A stretch of 64,000 nucleotides of DNA. Origin: Selaginella moellendorffii. Lineage: Eukaryota; Plantae; Lycopodiophyta. Shown here in pieces: positions 56,654-64,000 of this stretch (the stretch's first letter is position 1; the number at the start of each line of letters is the position of its first letter). The stretch spans positions 372,813 through 436,812 of the forward strand of contig NW_003314343.1 in assembly GCF_000143415.4 (NCBI RefSeq), read 5' to 3'. Position numbers and translations under genes: made by a program. The notes under the pieces are model-generated. The model saw nothing but the letters and a program-made list of their open reading frames with translations. It did not search any database and had not been told where the DNA came from.

Positions 56654-57399
56654 GTGCAAGGTAGTCTCAACAAAGGCACAAAAGCCACGGTGATTAGATA
56701 AAGATTAACAAAACAGAAGATTGCAGCTGGATCAAGGCTAGGATGCTTGATCAATGGTTGTAGTAGCAACAATCTACACTCTAAGTTACACAATCTCACA
56801 CACACACACACACACACACACCTGACTACATACTTTCATCTTTCGGAGTATGATAGATGTTCCTATTGTGCTAGACACAGTAGGAACAACAATAATGTTA
56901 CTAATTCACTGATCATATTGGTGATGGTCCCCATCCCTTGCGGTGGTGGTGATGGTGAGGATGGTGGCACTGGTGCCGATGGTCATGGTGGTTGTAGTGA
57001 CGATGGTGGCGACGGTCGTGGTGGTTGTGGTAGTGGTGGCAATCGTGTCTCTTCACCCAGCATGCTCTCCTCAACCATGGACGGCTCCTCAACCATTGGA
57101 CACATCTTCTCGCCCATGGCCTCCTTAACAAGCTGGCGAACCTTCGCCAGGACCAGCGGCAGCAGTGGTGGCACTGTTGAGAGCGGCAGGGCCGGGGATG
57201 GAGGAGGCGGCTGCGGCAGCTGCTGCTGTAGGGGTGGCATCAGCGGCGGCAACTGCTTCAACAGCTATTGCAATCGCTGTTCTACCATTACCAATCATTA
57301 CTCAGTGAGCGCTTGACGGTGGGATATGAAATCCTCACTCTGAAATAGAGGAGGAAACAGTAGTAGGAGGAGAATAAAAAGATTCATGATTTCTCACCG

Positions 57400-57887
57400 C
57401 TTTGCTAGATCCACCCCAAGAGCCCTAATTAATAAGACTTTAGCTCGATTCCCCTTTGCAATGCTTTCGCCTCTGCTCCTACTGGTGGAATGCCTGAGTG
57501 CTGCAAGGAGTTCATGGCGTTCCAGCTGCTCTCTAGCATCCAGGACATGATCACTTGCCTCGATTGGATGAAACGTGTATGTACATTCCCTAGTGTCATA
57601 TAGGGACTAATGCAAAAACTGGGCTTGCTGCCTGAAGGTTATGCTACCTAGTGGAGTCTCATCCAAATTGAGTCTCATCCAAACTTGCCTCAACTAGAGC
57701 CCCGGCAGCAATTGGATCATCTACGGCTGCAAGGACTTGGTGAGGGTTTTCACAGGCCAGACGAGCTCTCTGTGCACCGCAATGTTGTCAATGGCGTCTT
57801 CTTCTTCACCAAGAGCACTGAGAGTGGGTCTGCACCTAGGATGGCGTGCTGTGTCACTGGGGGCTCAAAAGCTTCCATCTCTCGTGT
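57400..57887 (+). pseudogene. PWP2: Duplicated 5' fragment of the PWP2 pseudogene (inverted copy at about 60972-61330)
   Basis: Matches about 6160-6530. Confidence 0.85.
57564..57682. mobile_element. 119-bp MITE-like insertion
   Basis: TIR TTGGATGAAAC/GTCTCATCCAA; flanking repeat ACTTGCCTCGA/ACTTGCCTCAA; absent from the paralogs near 6340 and 61170. Confidence 0.7.
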
Positions 57888-57945
57888 AGGTTTAGGGTTT
57901 AGAGTTTAGGGTTTAGGGTTTGAGATTTAGGGTTTAGGGTTTGGG
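57888..57945 (+). repeat. Interstitial telomeric tract (TTTAGGG)n; opposite-strand copies at about 60925-60971 and 61823-61871
   Basis: About 8 partly degenerate plant telomere repeats. Confidence 0.92.
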
Positions 57946-58928
57946 GAGAGTACCCATGAGGCTCGCGTAGGGCCACAGTGTTCCAAAGTGTTGTTCCAAA
58001 GTCCACATGGCATCAGGGGGCGGCACTTCTTTTGTTCAAGGCTGAGGCCAAGGGAGGTGACCATCATCATGGCGATCACAGCGTGTTCTACCATCTCAAG
58101 GATTGTGTGGTGAGCATGGTGGAAGCTTGCTCGCATCACAATCTTGGCTTGCTCTAGTTACCAGTGCTGCGAGGCTGACATTCTATCTCTTTCTCGGGAT
58201 CATTCTCGACGCTTGCGCTTAGGTCAAAGCTCTGGAGCGATCCACCAGAGCCTTGTGCAAAGTGGCATGACCACCCTGAACTACGCTATTGGGAGCGTTG
58301 GCCTGGCAAAAGTTTTGAGCATCCACAAGAGCTTATAGTCTAAACAAAGGCACAAGAGCCACGGTGATTAGATGAAGATTAACAAAATAGAAGAGTGTAG
58401 CTGGATCAAGGCTAGGGTGCCTGATCAATGGTTATAGTAGCAGTAATCTGCACTCTAAGTTACACAATCTCACATACAGACACACACACCTGATTACATA
58501 CTTTCATCTTTTGGAGTATGATAGACATTCATAGTGTGTTGGACACAGTAGGAATAACAATGATGATACCAATCCATTGATCATACTGGTGATGGTCCCC
58601 ATCCCTTGCGGTGGTGGTGGTGGTGGTGAGGATGGTGGCAATGGTGCCGATGGTCATGGTGGTCATGGTGATGACGGTGGGGACGGTTGTGGTGGTTGTG
58701 GCAGTGGTGGCAATCGTGTCTCTTCACCCAGCATGCTCTCCTCAACCATGGATGGCTCCTCAACCATTGGACATATCTTCTCGCCCATGGCCTCCTTAAC
58801 ATGCCGGCAAACCTCTACCAGGACTAGCGGCAGCAGTGGCGGCACCGTTGAGAGCGGCAGGGCCGGGGACGGAGGAGGCAGTGGCAACGGCTGCTGCTGC
58901 TGTTGCTGCAAGGGTGGCATCAGTGGCG

Positions 58929-60850
58929 TGTAAGGAACCAACTCGCTGAGGTGTCGTAGGCTAAACGAGCCCCAAAAGCATGACCAAAATGATAAAGAGT
59001 TCATCGGATGGGACCAAGTCTAAGATCGAGTCCAAAACCGACTCTAAGACCGAGTTCGAGACGGAGTCTGAGATCCGAAATCAGGTTCGAGACCGAGTCC
59101 GAGGTCGAGTCCGAGGTTGGGTCTGAGATCGAGTCCGAGACTGAATCCGAAGTTGGATCCGAGATCGAGTCCGAGATCGAGCCAGAGACTAAGTCTGAGT
59201 ACTAATACGGGTCAAGGGGTGAAAGCCCAAAGCATGCGTCTCTCGGGGGCGCGGGGGGGGGGGGGGGCTACAAGGGGTTCCAAAAGTATAGTAGGGATAG
59301 TGAGGTCCAGGAACCAATTTTGAAGGAACTCTCTAGTGGGGCTTCCAAACTGACTTGAGGTTGGGATTGGGACTGAGGGGCCTTGGGTGGGAGTGAGCAT
59401 GGACTTGGTTGGTGCCGAAGGGGCCATCCAAGGAAGTGCTCAAGAGCAGCTCCCACTCCCGAAAGGGAAACTAACTGCGGTGCTCCTGGCTCATATGGAG
59501 TGGTGCCCCACTTGAGTACCATGCGGCTCATTGGTCCTCGCCCTTTCTAGGGGCTTGGACCTTCCCTTTGGGATGGAAGTGGGGGGGTTGAGGTACCCAT
59601 ACCAGGCCGTTAGGCCACGGTGTTTCGCCCCAGCATCCCGAAGCATGCGTTGCACCCGAGACTTGGGATTTAGAGGGTCCCATGATCAAATCTTGTGGTA
59701 CCAAGGGATGTTAGGAACCTAGAAGCTTGGTGTGCTTGGTTGCTTGTGCTTGTGGGGAGTGTAGTCGAACCTTAAGTCCAGTCTAACCCGGGGAGGGGGA
59801 TTGGGAGAGATTTGGGAATCCGTGGATGGATGGCTAACACTCCGTTGCTTGTGCAGTGAGTAGCTGAAACCAAGTAGGACCAAGTAGGAGCTGGTACCAT
59901 AGACGGGAACCTTGGTAAGGGAACTTAGCAAAAGCCAAGGCAGTGTTGGACGGATAGACGAGGTAAGCTAGCAAATTGGAAAGGAAAAATTTGTGGCTTA
60001 CAGTTTGGTATCGGAGCCTTTTCCTCAGTTCTAGCGAAGGATAGAGGCAGATTGTTGGGAGATGGCAAAGGCAGGGCAGAAGCGAACCAAGGTGAAGACG
60101 GAACCTCCTCCAGAGCTGGAGCCTTCGGTTGAATGAGAGGCTATGGATGAGGAATCCTTGCATAAGGAGGACTCTAGTGAGGAAACTTCCAAACAGGAGT
60201 CTGGTGGTGAGGTTCGGTCGTCCAAGGCTCGATTGGACATGCTAGAAGGACAGTTGGCACAGACCAATGCCCTGCTGGAGACTCTTATACGCAAGTTAAA
60301 GCGTGATGAGAAGCGGAAGAAAAAGAGAAAGACTGCAGATGCTAGCAGCACAGAAGGTGCGGACCCTTCGGCAGGGACTGAGGCAGAAGCAAACAAGGCC
60401 AAACAGACCAAAGTATAATCAGTCCCTCAGGCAATTCCCAAGTACAAACCAAAGCCCCCACCGGTCTTCAAGGGAGTGAATGACTATAAGGTGGTGGAGG
60501 ATTGGTTTTACGATATGGAGGACTACTTCCGAGCGTTGCAATTACCGAGCTCGAAGAAGGTCCCATGTGCAAAACCATACTTGGCAGATAATGCCAAGTC
60601 TTGGTGGAGAATGACGAAGGCCAATGAAGGATCGGTGGCCACTTGGGACATAATGAAGGTGAGGATCCGCGCAACATATGTTCCTCCGAATCCCACTCTA
60701 CATCTGAGAGATGAGCTGAGTAGGCTGAAGCAGACTGGAACCATCCAGGAATATGTGAATGGGTTCATGGCAAAGAGGATACTTGTCACGGACATGGGGG
60801 ATATAGATGCGTTCCATGCCTTCATATCAGGTTTGCAAACCTGGGTTCGC
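58929..60850 (+). mobile_element. Element D: 3'-truncated copy of the element-C family (LTR 58929-60002, PBS 60006-60017, gag remnant from 60062)
   Basis: High similarity to the reverse complement of 29610-31605; breaks at GLQTWVR. Confidence 0.93.
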
Positions 60851-61904
60851 GACCAGACCATCAACACCATTGCCACCATCCTTGGAACACTATGGCTCTA
60901 TGCAAGCCTCATGGGTACTCTCCCCAAGCCCTAATCCCTAAACACCAAACCCTAAACCCTAAACCCTAAACTTGCATGGGAGATGGAAGCTTTTGAGCCC
61001 CCAATGACACAGCACGCCATCCTAGGTGTAGACCCGCTCTCAGTGCTTTCGGTGAAGAAGAAGATGCCATTGATAATGTTGTGGTGCACAGAGAGCTCGC
61101 TTGGCCTATGAAAACCCTCACCAAGTCCTTGCAGCTGCAGATGATCCAATTGCCGCCGGGGCTCGAGTTGAGGCAAGTGATCATGTCTTGGATACTGGAG
61201 AGCAGCTGGAACACCATGAACTCCTTGCAGCACCCGGGCATTCCACCAGCTGGAGCAGAGGCAAAAGCATTGTAAAGGGGAGTCTAGCTAAGTTTTTATT
61301 AATTAGGGCGCTTGGGTGGATCTAGCAAAGCGGTGAGAGATCATGAATCTTTTTATTCTCCTATTGCTACAATTTCCTCCTCTATTTCAGAGTGAGGATT
61401 TCATATCCCACCCTCAGGTGCTCACTGAGCAGCGATTGGCAATGGTAGAATAGCAATTGCAAGAGTTGTTGAGGCAGTTGCCGCCGGTGATGCCACCCCT
61501 ACAGCAGTAGCAGCAGCAGCCGCCGCCACCGCCTCCTCCGTCCCCAGCCCTGCTGCTCTCAACGGTGCCGCCACTGCTGCTGCTGGTTCTGGCGAAGGTT
61601 TGCCAGCTTGTTGAGGAGGCCATGGGCGAGAAGATGTGTCTAATGGTTGAGGAGCTGTCCATGGCTGAGGAGAGCATGTTGGGTGAGGAGACACGATTGC
61701 CACCACTACCACAACCACCACCACCATCGCCACCGTCATCACCAAGACCACCAAGACCATTAGCACCATTGCCACCATCCTCGGAACACTGTTGGTCTAC
61801 GCAAGCCTCATGGGTAGTCTCCCCAAGCCCTAAACCCTAGAAACCAAACCTTAAACCCTAAACCCTAAACCTGCATGGGAGATGGAAGCTCCCATGGGAG
61901 TGAC

Positions 61905-64000
61905 ACTTTCATATCCCACCGTCAGGCACTAAGTGAGCAGCGATTGCAAGAGCTGTTGAAGCAATTGCCGCCGCTAATGCCACCCCTGCAGCAACAGTAG
62001 CAGCAGCTGCCGCCGCCGCCTCTTCTGTCCCCAGCCCTGCCACTCTCAACGGTGCCGCCACTGCTGCCGCTGGTCCTGGCGGAGGTTCGCTAGCTTGTTA
62101 AGGAGGCCATGGGCAAGAAGATGTGTCCAATGGTTGAGGAGCCGTCTAAGGCTGAGGAGAGCATGCTGCGTGAGGACACACGATTGCCACCACTACCACA
62201 GCCACCATGACGGTCGCCACCGTCGTCACCATGACCACCATGACCATCAGCACCATTGCCACCCTAAACCCTACTATTTCCTCCTCTATTTCATAGTGAG
62301 AATCTCATATCCCACCATCAAGCGCTCACTGAGCAACGATTGGCAATGGTAGAACAACGATTGCAAGAGCTGTTGAAGCAGTTGCTGCCGCTGATGCCTC
62401 GCCTGCAGCAGCAGCAACAGCTGCTGCCGCTGCCGCCGGCCCTGCCGATCTCAACGGTGCCGCCACTGCTACCGCTAGTCCTAGCGGAGGTTTGTTGGCT
62501 TGTTAAGGAGGCCATGGGCGAGAAGATGTGTCCAATGGTTGAGGAGCCGTCCATGGTTGAGGAGAGCATTCTGGGTGAGGACACACGATTGCCACCACTG
62601 CCACAACCACCATGACCATCGCCACCGTCGTCACCACGACCACCATGACCATCAGCACCATTGCCACCCTAAACCCTAAACCATAAACCCTACTGTTTCC
62701 TCCTCTATTTTAGAGTGAGAATTTCATATCCCACCATCAGGCGCTCACTGAGCAGCGATTGGCAATGGTAGAACAGCAATTGCAAGGGCTATTGAAGCAG
62801 TTGCTGCCACTGATGCCTCCCCTACAGCAGCAGCAGTAGCTACTGCCGCCGCCGCAGGCCCTGTTGCTCTCAACAGTGCCGCCATTGCTGCCGCTGGTCC
62901 TGGCGGAGGTTCGCCGGCTTGTTAAGGAGGCCATGGGCGAGAAGATGTGTCCAATGGTTGAAGAGCCGTCCATGGTTGAGGAGAGCATGCTGGGTGAGGA
63001 CACACGATTGCCACCACTGCCACAGCCACCATGATGGTCGCCACCGTCATCACCACGACCACCATGACCATCAGCACCATTGCCACCCTAAACCCTAAAC
63101 CCTACTCTTTCCTCCTCTATTTCAGAGTGAGGATTTCATATCCCACTGTCAGGTGCTCATTCAGCAGCGATTGGCAATGGTAGAACAGCAATTGCAATAG
63201 CTGTTGAAGCAGTTGCCACCGTTGATGCCACCCCTACAGTAACAGCAGCAGCTGCCACTGCCTCCTCTGTCCCCGGCCCTGCTGCTCTCAACAGTGCCGC
63301 CACTGCTGCCGGTGGTCCAAGTGGAGGTTCGTAGGCTTGTTAAGGAGGCCATGGGCGAGAAGATGTGTCCAATGGTTGAGGAGCCCTCCATAGTTGAGGA
63401 GAGTATGCTGGGTGAGGACACACGATTGCCACCACTGCCACAACCACCACGACCGTTGCCACCATCATCAACACAACCACCATAACCATCGGCACCATTG
63501 CCAACCTAAACCCTAAACCCTAAACCCTACTGTTTCCTCCTCTATTTCAGAGTGAGGATTTTATATCCCACCGTCAGGCGCTCACTGAGTAGCAATTGGC
63601 AATGGTAGAACAGCAATTGCAAGTGCTGTTGAAGCAGTTGCCGTCGCTGATGCCACCCCTCCAGCAGCCACCACCGCATCCTCCTCCGTCCCCGGCCCTA
63701 CCGCTCTCAACGGTGCCCCCACTGCTGCTGCTGGTCCTGGCGGACGTTTGCTGGCTTGTTAAGGAGGCCATGGGTGAGAAGATGTGTCCAATGGTTGAGG
63801 AGCCATCCATGGCTAAGGAGAGCATGCTAGGTGAGGACACACGATTGCCACCACTGCCTCAACCACCACGACCATCGCCACCGTTGTTACCACGACCACC
63901 ATGACAATCGGCACCATTGCGACCGTCCTCACCACCACCACCACCGCAAGGGATGGGGACCATCACCAGTATGATCAGTGGATTGGTATCATCATTGTTG
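61905..64000 (+). repeat. Tandem array of ~420-bp units separated by short (CCCTAAA)n tracts
   Basis: Junction tracts at 62262, 62667, 63086 and 63505; each unit carries a degenerate MVEQRLQELLKQL...EKMCPMVEEPSMVEES frame. Confidence 0.93.

Noticed and set aside
61905-64000. CRISPR-like or other prokaryotic repeat-spacer array
   Set aside because: Units are homologous over their whole length, there are no unique spacers or cas genes, and the context is eukaryotic.

Overview
Plant nuclear DNA, most likely the lycophyte Selaginella (inferred from very short introns, gene families and TTTAGGG repeats; not verified). Host genes: first exon of a PDR/ABCG transporter, an HNH-endonuclease-domain gene, a DUF26/Gnk2 secreted protein, an intronless A1 aspartic protease, a class-3 lipase, a Di19 zinc-finger gene with an AT-AC minor intron, and a micro-exon gene ending in an OBERON/DUF1423-like coiled coil. 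Pseudogenes: PWP2, CASP-like, HNH, DUF26 and a protease remnant. About 60% of the window is LTR retroelement. (i) Element B is a Tcn1/Tf1-like chromovirus (14088-19586) with a self-priming PBS and a GGGAAAC -1 frameshift hairpin. (ii) Element C is a minus-strand chromovirus (24068-31605, TSD ATCTC) whose integrase is split by two tiny GT-AG introns. (iii) Family A is a non-coding LARD-like family with three near-complete copies, one very young and nested in another's LTR. It shares PBS, PPT, LTR blocks and a covarying multi-hairpin RNA with twin tRNA T-loop/B-box motifs with element C. The right end is a rearranged zone with interstitial telomere tracts at junctions and a ~420-bp tandem array punctuated by CCCTAAA repeats. 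Best candidate for a new system: the intron-gated chromovirus, its structured 3' RNA element and its non-autonomous partner. All alignments and folds were done by eye.
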